From Monocercomonoides exilis PA203 (taxonomy: Eukaryota; Protista; Preaxostyla): a stretch of 64,000 nt of DNA. The notes below the pieces were generated by a model. The model did not search any database and was not told the DNA's origin. It saw only the letters and a list, made by a program, of their open reading frames with translations. Shown here piece by piece: positions 50,090-63,800 of the stretch. Position numbers and translations under genes: made by a program. The stretch spans positions 248,001-312,000 of the forward strand of contig LSRY02000030.1 of NCBI GenBank assembly GCA_001643675.2, written 5' to 3'. Position 1 is the first letter of the stretch. Every line of letters starts with the position of its first letter.

Positions 50090-52980
50090 GTCTCACAGTA
50101 TCAGCCCAAAGCAGATCTCAACTTCCACCTCTTTTTTCCCAGCTGCAGCAGCACCAGCTCCACCAGCAGCCGTGCCATCCGGAACAGCGCCCGCCGCCCT
50201 TCTTTCTTCCCCACCGCCGACTGCACCGCCTCCACCCGCCGCTTCAGCCCTGCCCCTGCCACCACCCCTCCCGACACCCCCGCCGACACCCCCGAAAGCA
50301 CTCACACACGGCAGTCGAGCACCGGCTTCAGCAGCTTTAGATACAGGCTCGCAGTCTTCACAATTTCGCTGTTCTCAGATTGTGATAGAGGCTCTCATCT
50401 GAAAGCAGCATCGCACACATCCGGCAGCCTCAGGCACAGCATGAAGAAGTCGTTGTACTGGCACGCCTTCACCGCATATTCGAATGACAGCAGGCAGCAC
50501 CCAGACAGCCGGTACGCGTCCCGGGAAATCCTCAACGAGCGCTTGTGGTATCTGCGGATAGGACACATTCAGAAGACACTCCAGCTCCGAGTGCGTGATC
50601 TCTCTCCAAGCTTCTTGTGAAGATGATGATGAAAATGTCAATGGATCTCAATTACGTATCGCATCATGCAGCTTCTTCATCGCCTCCTTCCGCTTCACTG
50701 TCTCTGCCCGGTAGTAATTCAGCAGAAACCCCAGAAACACTGAAGCGTCTGCCTCCCCCTTCTCCGACTGCAGCCCCTCAAACTTCTCAAAAAACATCTT
50801 GATCTTCTATTCAGGCGCACTTCAAGCTGTATGTTGACATACATCCGACACATCCGGAACGATATCGTCATGAAGTCCTCTTTCTCTTTCATAGGCTGCT
50901 GCTTGCCTTCAAACTGCATCGTGTTGCAATATAGGAAGAAAGACAGCTCACCTTCCGCAAACTTCTCCGGCACGTTCTTCCCAACTGCTGCACAGTGAAA
51001 ATTCCTTTCGGAACAGTTCCACTTTTCAGATCAACTCCAATAGCACTGCCTCTTTCTTTAAATTCTCCGAGCACTTCTCCCCTAGCCACAAGCACACAAA
51101 ATCCCCAAAACAACTGCCTTGGAAGCACCACATCTTCCAACTCAGCTATGCCATCACTCAAATCAACCAATATCTTGCCTCTGTTTATTCCCTTGATCGT
51201 CGACTGCATCCACGCCAGCTTCCGTAGTAGTCCTGTCTTCAGCTTCTGATGACTCGACTGAATCGACATTGATAACTTATATATGTGCGACATCAGAAGC
51301 ACATTCACAATTTCGAACACCACCTGCTTAAGCAATATAGGCACTATGCTCGTCGGGCGCTCCATCGTCTCTTCATACGACAACTTCATTTTCTTCTGTT
51401 CCTTCTTTTTTTTAAAACCATAAGAATAATTTACTGCTTCTCAATAACCTCCATTTACAAAATCATCTACTCGCTTGTTGTATTCACATGCACTTTCAGC
51501 TGCTCCATCAGCATTTTCGTTTCCTTCTCCATCTGGTTCATCTTCTGCTTCACAGTTGTGTCCACTCATCCTCCATCACCATCACAAGCATTTTCTGCTC
51601 CATCGCCATTTGCTTCTCCCACAATATTCACTCCTCTTCTCGCTTTCACAACAACAACCTTCTCGCTCGGGTCTGGTCCAACCATCACAGAGCAGCCATC
51701 ACCGATGCTCGCTGCAAATTTTCTTAGTCCCCTTCAAACAGCTCCGATGGCCGAATCAACGAAACCGAAGATGGAATTAGCATTCCCACTCACAGAGCTC
51801 AACAAAAAGCCAACGTAAATAACACACTTGGCGCACTTATCGAAACATTGCTTTCTTAACTTTCCACTTCGCATTTCTTTATCTTGATTTTCAACTCCTT
51901 CTCAATCCCCACATCAATAAATTCGACCTTCTCCTTCATGGCCGCTAGCTGCTCCTGAAGCTCCTTCACCTATGCATTGTGCTTCTCGTTCAGCTCCTGA
52001 ATCTTCCTCTCCCGCAATTCGATGATCTTATTCTTCTCCTGCAGCTTCTTTGCCAGCAAACTCATCCACAACGATGCCTGCTCGTCTTCCTGGATCTCCT
52101 GCAAAAGCATTTTGAACTCAAAACATCTTCTCCATCTCCTGATTCTCCTCCTCTTGCTGCTCCTTTAGCTCCCGGATTTGTCTGCACTGCCCTTCATTCT
52201 CCCTTGCAATCTCAGATTTCTGCACCTCGCACTTCACAAACATCTCACACAGCATATTCCCCGCATTCACCATTTTTCTCTTCAGATCTTCCTCCATATT
52301 CTTCAGCTTTTCACCACTTCGTGTACTGTGAGCAAGTTTCATTTCGCTTCCTTATCCAGCTTCATTACCACACGCATCGACTGTGGTGATCTCAAAGCCA
52401 GCAGCAATGTTTTTAACAGATTGCATTCACATCTGCCGCCACAAAGATTCACTTGCTCCCCGACTTCGTACCCTCCGACGCTGCAAGCGACGGAAGATGC
52501 CCCACCAGCGGAACCAAAAGCATCGCCGAAAGCGCCACATCGTATGCACACACAACACCACCATACATCGCCCCCCGCCGCGCTACAACAAATCATTCGA
52601 AGCGTCTGTTGCTCCCTCAGTTACGAATTCTTTTGATTTTCATACACTCCAGCCGCCTCTTGATGTAGTCTATTTTTGCTGCAGAAGTGTATGACGCCAC
52701 CACCACCTAGGCATCAGAAGGGTTAATCGCAGACGCTGATAATAATGGCCACTCATTCTCTGAAGAATACTTCTCTTCGCTTCTCCACCTCCGGAATGGT
52801 GAAGTTGATCGGGGTGATGATCCAGTTGAAGAAGACGAAGTTAACGAAGACACTGAGTGAAGAAACAACTGTTACACTGCTCCGGCCAAAAGAAGCATTT
52901 TCAGATACCGTTTTTCGTCTGCATGCATCCCTAATAGTGACACAAACACAACATTTTCATTCGAATCAGAATGGTTGACC
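50090..52980 (-). pseudogene. Relatively GC-rich degenerate gene with coiled-coil segments; product unknown
   Basis: Minus-strand ORF pieces 52118-52342 (coiled-coil-like), 50889-51389, 50719-50973 and 50375-50641, separated by stops. Confidence 0.35.
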
Positions 52981-55015
52981 ATTTGCAAAAACGAGCTTTT
53001 TTCATACTATTTGAAAGGATAGTTGCAGGATATTTTTGCATAACGTATCAGTATTAAATGGAAGGGAGAAGAGAAAGGCACATACTGAGATGAAAGAAAC
53101 TTGATAATATAGATTGATTAAATCAAAATAAGAGAAAAGTTTGTTTTTTTTTTTTCATTTGTAATAAATGGTGATTTATTTTGAAAAACAACATTAATAA
53201 TTATTCAATGTCAACTGCTTTTTGAATATTTTTCGATAACAACGATCAAAGTTTTGATGAATTTTTCCTGTTTGATTAATTCTTATGAAAAATTCTTGAA
53301 TTAAAGCAAATCAATTTTATTTATCTTTTAACAAAAGAAAATAATAAAATCTTAGCCACTGTTCATAAATTCATAATGAAAATTCGAATAGATGAAATGA
53401 AAATGAAGAAATAAAAATATGTAACTCATTTATTTCAAATGGCACGAAAGCATCGCATTCAAAAGTGGATTGCAGAATAAAGTTAACAATTCATATGATA
53501 TCAACATATTTATGACCTGTGCATCAATAATAAGCTCAGAAAATAACAATATATAATATTAACAATACAATAATGGGAACGGAATGATCAACTTTTTTTG
53601 ATCATTTGTGATCTTTTGTGGGACAAAATTAAAGTCGTAGAACTTGACAAAAAAATTTTGACAAATAAGTAAAAAATAATAAATAAACGGGTGATAATTT
53701 TTGATATCACATTTTTCCATTTAAAAAATTCGGTTCTGATAGTTAGGGAAAAAACCCTCACAAAATACGAAACTTATGCACATTGGCTAAGAAATTCTAA
53801 AACATCATGTGCATCATCAAAACATATTTCAAACTGTTCGATTCTTTTTCTTTTCTGTATATTTTTTCTATTTTTTTATAATTTTCATTCCAATATGGGT
53901 TCTATCTTTTTGTAATATCAACAAATCGCAACGGTTAAAATAGATTGTCTTGCTTTTGAGCAAATAGAAATTTCTTGATATATTCAGAGAAAGAAATTGT
54001 TTGATTGTTTTATTATTATCCATTCAATTGATTATTTTTCTGAAGAATTATTAAAATGATGTGTTTAATATTTCTTTTTTGTTCTTCCTATTTTCATTTT
54101 CATCTGCATTGCTTTTCACACGTCAAAAGAGAATAATGAATATGAAGTGAATTCAAATCATAAATATTTATTTATATGTTATATTTTTGAAAATTTAATT
54201 CTCTTGAAATATTTTATTTCGCATTTTGAATGAGTTTTCCACTTGAGATAAAACGAAGATCCTTCACTTTGGTGATTTTGTTCGATATAATTATTGATTT
54301 TATTCTTCAAAGATTTTCAAAATAATGCAAAAATAACAATTTTTTTAAAAAACAAAACAAATGTTAGAGTTAAAAAATTGATAACTTATAAAAAGAAATT
54401 TCTTCTTATGTTTCGAATTTTTTATAATGACAATGTATCATATTTATTCCACAGCATTAAAACACTCAACAAAAAAGAAACATCAAAGAAAAACAAAAAA
54501 ATAGTTATTTCATATTTCCACAGAATATTTTGTTGAAATAATTATCTCCATCGTGCATCCATATCAAAATACATCATTTTCAATTTTCATTTTTATCTAT
54601 GAAAGGCATGTCATCCTTTTATTCACAATGAGCAAAAATTGCTGAATGTCTTTCGAATGTCGCCTCAAACAACAGAGAGTTCCTGCTTTTTGCTCGTTTT
54701 CATTAAGTCAAAATAAATCCATTGTTAAAAACCCACAACATTATTATCAAAAAATATTTGTGTTCGATTCTTGCATTCTCTTCAATGTTCTGACTTTCAA
54801 AAGCAAAACTTGATCAATGCTGTGATTAATCATCAAGAAAGTTGACTTCGAAATCATTTCTTCTAATGAGCAAAGCACAACTATTTCTAATCATACGTGA
54901 AAAACTTGAACTTCATGTTCCTTTTCAGGATTTTTATTTATCTCAACAACATGTTTGGTCAGCAGTTATTATTTTAGTGTCATTTTTTGAAATCGACAAT
55001 TGCATCTGTCTCAGA

Positions 55016-55466
55016 TATACCTCTGTGACCTGACAAATTGCTTGAAGCCTCGTCTGTCACAAAAAAAAAAATTATTCTTAAATTAATATAAAATAAAATG
55101 TTGCTAAAACTTCCAAAGACTTTTCAAAGCACTATGGAAAAGATTTGTTGATAGCATCTGTAATATCTTGTCGTTTTTTCTCTTTTGTCGGTGACCGTCA
55201 GTGACCGTCGATGACAAATTGTGACAAAAATATTCCTCAACTGACATTACGTGTCAAATAAAATAAATATTGGGAACCTGATCATTTTTTTGAAATTTTT
55301 ATTTTTTCAGTATAATAAGAATTATTTCATGAAGATTTTAAATTAATTATTTTAGTAATTAAGAATTATGAAATCGTTATAAATAACCCTTTTTGACAAA
55401 TCATAAATATCTTGTCAGTCATTTTGTCATTTTTTCTATTTTCTCTTGTCAGGTCACAGAGGTATA
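55016..55466. mobile_element. hAT-type MITE: 21-bp perfect TIR, 8-bp TSD
   Basis: TIR TATACCTCTGTGACCTGACAA 55016-55036 / 55446-55466. Direct repeat GTCTCAGA at 55008-55015 and 55467-55474. Many internal TGACA/TGTCA motifs. Confidence 0.9.
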
Positions 55467-57277
55467 GTCTCAGATTATTTTTAAACTAAACGATCAAATT
55501 TCTCGGCATTGTCTAGAATTTCTTCATCTTCTGCTTTTTTTTTCATGATGTATTCAAGAAAAATTGGAAGCCTTTCAAATCCAATTGGCAATCAACTGTT
55601 TGTTCGCCTCTGACTGAAACGCGAACTTCCTTTCAGTGTTGCAGACAAAAATCCTGTCATTTTTTCAATAAAAACAAATTACTTCGAAATGAACATGCGG
55701 ATTTCATTTGGTATCTTGCATCGTCTTCTGCATTGGAAATTCGTCACATTTTCAAGTCGATAATCACCAACATTTACTGCTCCTTGATGTTATCCGATGT
55801 TCATGTGGTAGTTATCAGATAACGGATTTTTGTTTCTTTCGCAATTCTATCGTTGCTCTCTTCAAATTTATAAAAAAGTCTACTTCCCAATACATTTTTG
55901 TTGTCACTTTTTACAAAATGACATTTGTATTGTTTGAGCCTTTTTGTTTGAAGAAATCAAAATTCCGAATACAGGATTGTCCATTGAACATTACGAAAAT
56001 GAACACCAACATAATCAAAATTAAAATTTATCATTACTATCATTTGCCATTTATGAATTAGAATGTGAACAAAGTTGGAAACGTACCGAGAATTAACTTT
56101 CAGTTTTATTGGTTATCGATCATTTTTCATAGCATTTAAAACATATTCTTGAATTGAGGAGTTAAAAATTCAAAGTTAACATGAAAATGCAAATTTTTAT
56201 CAAAGAACAAAATCAAACTTATAAATTTCGTATTTTTATTTTATACATAAATAACATATGACAACAACTATTTTCCGAGTCCAAAAGTTATTTGCAAAAA
56301 AGAAAACATCTGTTTTTCTATTTAGCAGATTTTGATATTAATAATGGGATGCAGAACCATTAAAAACAATTATTATTTTTTTTGTTGTTCTCAAGTTGCA
56401 TTTTCATCGAAAGAAGAAAAAATTTCATAAGAACTTGAGCAATTTAGTTTGAGTCCATTATTATTAATTTGTTTCGTATTTTATTTTGTTATTCACAACT
56501 AAATTCATTCAGGATCCAAATGATTTTAATTCATCAATGCTGATATATCGTTTTTCTTTGAATTTTTCTAAAACTTTGAAATCTCCTTGGGACAAAAACT
56601 TGATGATCATGATTAAACGATTATTTCGAATTCATTTTTCACATCGATATCAATTTTTGCATTTCAATACAAGATATAAAAAATATTTATTATTAGAAAT
56701 GAAATGAGATAGATTTTCTACGAATAAAATAATTATTGTTTTAAAAATATTTTAACACTTCTTTTCACCTGAAATTTGATGTTATTATGAAAAATTCAAA
56801 TCATCTGATCGATTTAACCATTTACGAAATTTTTTTCTAAAAAAACAGCAAAAATCACCTTTAAACGTATCAATTTTTAACAAATGAATACTATTACATT
56901 TATCACTTTAATTAGAAGAATCATTTTCACCCATGCGTATAGGTTTTTTCCCTGAGAAGGGATTTTTCCCTAACTAAGAAATATTTCTTGATTATCATCA
57001 AAAGAATTCTGAAAAATGAAAAGGCTTCAAAAATAATATTTTTTTTCTTTATTTGAGCTTTTACATTTGTTTTGATAGCAGTTGTGATGATTTTGGCATT
57101 TGAATACAAAGTCTCTTCCAAATGACAAATAACGTTTGAAAAATCGACACGCCGAAAAAAGTCATGATTTCAAAAATAATCACCCAAGTATATTAATTTT
57201 GGATCAAATCTTTTATTTTTGAAAATACTTCATTTTAACGCATTACTGACTTGCGAAATTAGTTTTTTTTCCTAAAT

Positions 57278-57490
57278 ATATGGCTGATCCTTTTTGAAAT
57301 CACACTTTCGTTCGAGTTTTGATCAAAAAATTTATCTCAATTGGATTTTGAAAAATTGAACAAAACTGATAATACACATTGTATATGATGTTGTTATTGC
57401 AGAAACAAAATTTTATCAAAAATCTCATAAAGATAAAAATTTTGATCAAAACTCGAACGAAAGCATGACTTCAGAAAGGATCGGTCATAT
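57278..57490. repeat. Palindromic MITE-like element (~60-bp arms)
   Basis: ctttcgttcgagttttgatcaaaa..tttatct versus agataaaaattttgatcaaaactcgaacgaaag. Confidence 0.75.
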
Positions 57491-58383
57491 GTTATTTTTC
57501 ACCTATTTAAGCACATTTTTGAAAAATCGATTTTTTGAAATCTTTGATCAAAAAAATAGATTTTTCATTGAAAAACGAACCCTTAATAAAACAAAATGAT
57601 ATTTTTAATGTTTAGCCCTGTGATAATATGCGATGGAAAATGTATGAAAAATTGGCTAAAAATGTCGGTTCAAGAAAAAATGTGATTATTAACGATTTTA
57701 ATTATTTTTGATGCGATTGAATCCGGTTTTGACAAAACAAAGTTTTTATAAACCAAAGATGAATATTTCTTTTTAATGAATTGAAGTTGTCAAAGAATCG
57801 AATTTCTTTCAGTAATTGAAAATTCAGTGCAATGATTATTGAAAGCGTAAACTCAAAATTATATTGAGATTCAACAGATTCATTTTTAAAATTCAACAAT
57901 AACAATAAACTTTTCTTGACCCAAAAAACAAAAGATTACGGTTTTTTTAAATATGCATCGAAAATTAAAATAAAGCATCCAATTTTCCTTGAATTTATTT
58001 TCTTTTCATTTTTTTTTTGTTAGTAAATTACAGACATTTATTTTAACCCGGAAATAATCACATTAACAAGGGTCATCTTTTTATTGGCACTTTTTTTTAA
58101 ATAAAAACTCATCTGAACCACAAATAATATTTTAATAATATATTTTTGGTTTTCATGCAAATGTGATACATCCTAATATTTGAATTTTGAAAGAAATCCA
58201 ATTTCTCATGGGGGGAAATGGGGGGGTTCAAGTCCTTCAATTGAGCTTTTATGAGAAATTGGACTGCACAAAGGTTTGTTAATATTTCTTATTCATTCAA
58301 AAATTCAAATAATAATTAAAAATTCTTTGATGAGAATTAATAAATAAAAAATTATATTAATAATCATTACCCATAATATATAA

Positions 58384-60078
58384 ATGAAATTACTAGTGAG
58401 GAAGAAAGCTGAAGCGGCGCAGAAGCGGCTAAAGGAAGCAATGTACACATTGCATTGCGGGAAATATGAAACAAGATTGGAAAGGATTGCACACATTGTT
58501 AATGACAATGTTGTCAGGCTGGTCGACGGGGTTTAATACGGTGGAATCAGCAAAAAATCTTTGGAGCACGCAGTGAAAGCAATAAAAAACGGCAGGCTGA
58601 TTGCAAAAGTTGGGCACCCACCGATAATTAGCGGTGAAAAAGAAAAACAATTCTTGGAAGAAGTTACAATAAAATCAAGATCTGGTACAAGCCTCTCGTT
58701 GCGAAAAACTCGTGATCTGTTTTGCAATTGATATTTATATTGTATATTAATTGGTATTTAGATGGATAATATGTTTAACGATAGTGAAGAAGAAGGAGAA
58801 AATGAAAAAAAGATTAAAAAGACAGTAACTCTGAAGGAAGTTTACGCCTTCATACTAAGACATCCAGAATCGATGTCATCGCTGCCAAAGCAAGTTGATA
58901 TTAACAGATTTGCAACATCTTGCCACAAAGTCCTGAAGCAGTGGTTCGCAAAATTATAAGCATTACACGACGAAAATAAATATCCAGAGGAATTAATCTT
59001 CAATATTGATGAATCTTCGCTTCGCATTACAACTTCTTCACGCAATGTTGTTGTTCATCCCGCAGATGAACCAGCTGGATTCAAAAAGACTGCCGAAAGG
59101 ATGCCGAATGCCACTCTCGTTGCTGGAATCGCTGCTGATGGCTTCTCGCTTCCATCTATTGTGCTGTGGCCGAGTGTAACTCTTCTGAAAGAACTGACAA
59201 CACTGTTAACATCGTCATCAAATATTTATCCAAATACAAACGGCTGGATGGACAAAACGTCGTTCAAAAAATACGCCTTAACAGTTCTTTCACCATTTAT
59301 CATTGACAGAAGAAAGCGAATACTTAGAGAATCTCATCGTTGCCTTTTTCTCCTATATTCATACTCATCGCGCGCAGATCCAACTGTATGGAGACATTTA
59401 AAGGAATCCGAAATAGACGTAATCACCTTCGTTCATCATCCTGCACATATATCTCAGCCACTGGACAGAGGCGTATTTGATGTGTTGAAGACAGAGCTTT
59501 CAAACAATTACTGCTCTCCATCATCCACCTCCTCATCTTCAAAAAGAACAGCTGTTGCAGATGTGTTGCCACAAGCCCTTCACACAGCATTCACACCATC
59601 TGTTATCAAAAAAGCCTTCATTTACAGCGGAGTACTCAGCAATGGATCTATGTCGGTTCAAATGAAGCTTCCTCAGTTTTTTCAATACTTCATTCCTTCT
59701 CATTCTCAATGTCTCGACTTCTTCGGAAAAGTGATAACAAAAGAAAAGCTTCTTGATGAATGGGATGAATATAATGAAAATCACAAGATGAAAATTGAAG
59801 AAATTGAAGAAAAAGAAAAGGAAATTGAAGAAGAAGAATTGCCCTTGGAGAAAAAAGTGAAAAGAAAATTCAAAAAAAAAAAGAATGATGACGATGAAAC
59901 AAGTGATGAATTTGACCCCTTTGAACTTGAAAATGGAAAAAGAAAAGAAAGAAGAGTAATTGATTCGAGTTTAGTATTTTTTGATGTGTTTTTCATTTTT
60001 TTCATTTCAAAAAATTTAGGTGCCAAAAAAGAAAAAAGTGCCAATAAAAAGATGACCCTATTGGAAAGCTTTTTGTGA
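58384..60078 (+). pseudogene. Second pogo-like (DDE_1) transposase, inactive
   Basis: KVGHPPII; intron ~58719-58761; LIFNIDESS; TLVAGIAADG; NGWMD; LLYSYSSR (second Asp replaced by Tyr); HISQPLDRGVF at 35-aa spacing. In-frame TAA at 58534 and 58957. A TIR pair was not established. Confidence 0.85.
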
Positions 60079-60883
60079 CTATAATTAATGAGTAAGTTTA
60101 TGGAGTGATTGAATCTTGTTTCAACTGAGCATTTTTTTCATTGAATAGCATGATGATTTTGTTCGTCTGATTTGCTATTTTGAATAAAAATTGGTGCTAT
60201 TTCCAAAACAAAAAAATTCAAAAAAGAAGAATGATTCTCCAAATGAGAAGATAACAGCTAATATCAATAAAAAATCTAATTCTCTTTCTAAATAAGGACA
60301 CATTTCACAGCCCCAAACCAATAAAATAAGAATACGTATTTCTACATTTAAATAAACAAGAAATGAATAACAACAAATGATTCGAAATGGGTGATAATGA
60401 AAGAAAATCAAAAAAATGATAATTTGAATAAACTCAAAATCGTTCAATTGAATTACAAATTGATATAAACTGAATACACATCAAACAAAAAACAAATTTC
60501 AACAAACCGAAAACTCTTTTTCAAAATCACAAACATTTTCATAAACATAAAATTTCAAACAAAAAAAAGGAAAAATGAAAAAATGAAAAGAGTGGAAAAT
60601 CGGTTGAGGGCTCGGGTTCTGTCTTTCAGAAGTGAAAGAGCCCAAAACCTGAAGCGTGCTTTTGCAAGGGTGTGTTAATGGATATCAAATTGAAAATGAA
60701 AAAAAAAAAAAATTCATCTACAAAAAATGTTTCATTGAATTTTTCATGAAAAATCATGAATTGCGTCAAAAAGGCTTCTGTATTAATCAATGATCTTCTG
60801 GTTGCAATGTTGACAGAATACTCTCTTGAGAAACTTAAAAATCGTTTCTGGCACTTTTGCTCACTGTTATTCTCCATTATCTT

Positions 60884-63800
60884 TTAAGACAACAAGGTTT
60901 CTGCGTCTTCTCCAGTGCTTTCTTCCTCCTCTTTTGATGGCTCCTCCAAGTCGATTGCATCTGACACAGTCAGCATCACTGTCCCTGCCGGAAAGCGCTG
61001 GATAAACTCTTTTTTCAGATTCCCCAGTGTTGGTCGTTGTGAAGGATCTGGCGAAAAGCACTTACTCACAACAAACGACATTCCACTCTCCTCCACCAGC
61101 TTCATGTCTGGCCTCTCCCCATTCACAATCTTCTGCCCTGCCACCTCTCCTTCATACTCCCCAAACGGAATTTGAAGAGTCAAGCACTCCCACAGCATCA
61201 TCCCAATCGAGAATACCACTGATTCTTTTGTTGCTCCCATCTTCTTGTTCATCAGCAATTCAGGTGCCTTCCACCTCAAACACTCCTTTCGGTTGTATTC
61301 ATCATCCTCAAAAGCCGATGAGGGCAGAGAATCACTATCATCATCATCACTGGCAGATGTCACAACAGTTGATGAAGAGATGGATGATGAGTCTGAATCA
61401 TCAGAAGAAAGGAGATCAGAATGTATGACAATGCAAATGACCATGTGCTCAGAGAACAGAACAATGTGAGGACTCAGAGTGGAGAGGGAAGATAATCCAT
61501 TTTCCATTTCATCAAAGGAGTGCAGTGCGAGATTGGCCACCCAGAACAGGATCTGTGCGGCTGTATGCTCCCTCTCCTGAAGAGTCCCAATAGGCATCTC
61601 CTTTGTCTTATTCCTTCCATGCAACAACATGAACAGTGAATCCCTCAAGTCCACAATCAGCTTTTCATGAGGAGATGAACAGGCCATTGCATCCACCAGA
61701 TTCGACATCGATGAAGTGGTTGGGCACAGACTCTCCGATCGAACAAATGATGAATCCGAATCCGAATCAGTTGCTGAAGTTGATGAGACAGATGGTGATG
61801 GTGTTCTCTTCCTTGTCTCCTCATCCTCAATTTCCTTTTCGTCAACTTTCTCCAGCATCCATTGAGGGATCTTGTCTGAATCTCTTCCCAATATATATTC
61901 TGTTGAGCCACTCTCAGATAGAAGATGCTCAGATGACTCTGAATGTCCCAAGCTTTTCTCATACACCCTCTTCTTCATCCTTTCTTCATTCTTCTTCTCT
62001 GCCTCTCTTTCAGCTCTCCTCCACTGCTCCTCAGGCGACATCTCCATCGTCACCATCTCAAACGCCTTCGGATCCTTCTTCACTGTGTCATTCACAATCT
62101 CTTCCAATTCCTTTGTTCTTCTCTTTTGCTTACTCCATCTGACAACAAACAAAACAAATCCAATCAGAACAATAAATAGAATAACTGCCATGATTATAAC
62201 AATCAGCAACCAATAAGACTTCCCTTCTTTCTCTCCTTCAACAATCCTTTCATCTCCTTTTCCAACACTTTCACTCCTGTTCTTCACGATAAATGACTCT
62301 GTTGATGAAGGAGAGTCTGCTTTCCCAAACAGAATGCTCACACTCACTTCTGTCTCTTCTCTCACTTTCTCCCATTCCGAACATGAAACAAATGTGTGAA
62401 TCTCATTCTCTGACACAAACCCTTCTTCTTCAATCCCCTTTCTCACAATCTCCTCTTCATCCCCATTTTTCATGCTCATCTTCACCGACAAATCACATGG
62501 CAGAAGCAGCTTCCCCACAATCATCAACTCCAAATTCCCATCTGGCTGTGTTGTGTTCTTCACCTCTTCCAAAATGGGGATGAAAAATGATGATCCTCTT
62601 TCAGTTGCTATCCCTCCCAATTCACATCCCTCATCCAATATCCACAATGATGTATTTCTTTCCCATCCATCTCCCCCTTTCACACTCACAACATTCAACT
62701 CCCCATTCCCTTCACAAATCACATTCCTTCTGGCTGATGGATATCCCTCGATCGATGGATTGTTGTTCTCAAACTTTCCATTTTCAATCTTCACACTCCC
62801 TCCACTCACCCACAACCCTCCTCCTTTGCTATTTCTGATTGTTGTTTCCCTCATCTCCACATTGCTCTTCTCAATATCAACTAATGACCCATTCCATTTG
62901 CACAATCCTTCTTTTCTATTGTTTTCTTCATTGCCAATTTCATCTTCTTTTTCTCCATCAAACACACATGCCTCAACCCTCACATTCTTGGAATTCCTGA
63001 TCTGCATCATGCTTCCCTTATTCACTGAATTCTCACACTTTCCGAATGAGCTGTTCAGCACACTAAACTCTTGCTCAGCATCTTCCATCCCAATCACACA
63101 CCCCTCCAATAGCAATGTCACATTCTCAACTCCCATCTCTTTCATCTCCACTTTCGCTTTCCCTCCAACACTCACAACATCTCCCTCACATTTGATGTTC
63201 GATATTCTTGTTTCATCAATTGTCACAACCGATTCTTCACAAAATGAAAGCACTGCTGTTGTTGAATGAATGTCTCTGAATGTTGAATCAAATATCTTCA
63301 GCTCTCCACTTTCCACACTCACAATTGAACTGTTCAACTTCATATCCTCAACTGCTGTCGAAAAAGAGAAGAATTCACATTTCTGAATCTCCATTGAACC
63401 ATTCTTCACTTTCATGAGACAATTGTGAGTTAATTCAAATCCATCTTCAAACTCGAATGAGCACCTCTCCACTGAACATTCATTCACAAACTCCATCACA
63501 CAATCCTTCTCACCTGATTTCTCAATCTTGCAGTTCAACCGAACAATCCCCTGTGTCTTTTTCAATGAATTCACAACCAGATCTCCAATCACACACTCCT
63601 TCCTCACAAACCCTTCCCCATCAATCAGAATCCCATTCATCACCCCTTCTTGGATGTGCTCAACCCCACAGTCAATGCTCACACACGGATTGCTCTGTGC
63701 CCCACATCCCCTCCCATCACTCCCTCTCCCACTCACAAACACCTGTGCTGAATAATAGAATGTGATCAGCGGAATCAGATCAACATCTCCCTCGCTCCAA

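Noticed and set aside
54900-55900. Faint RT-like or hAT-like words on the minus strand (IIDLK, IFLEYIM, EATFER)
   Set aside because: Catalytic motifs are not recognisable; cannot be assigned without profile searches.
62472-63269. 265-aa plus-strand ORF and other overlapping ORFs
   Set aside because: Antisense shadows of the large minus-strand gene.
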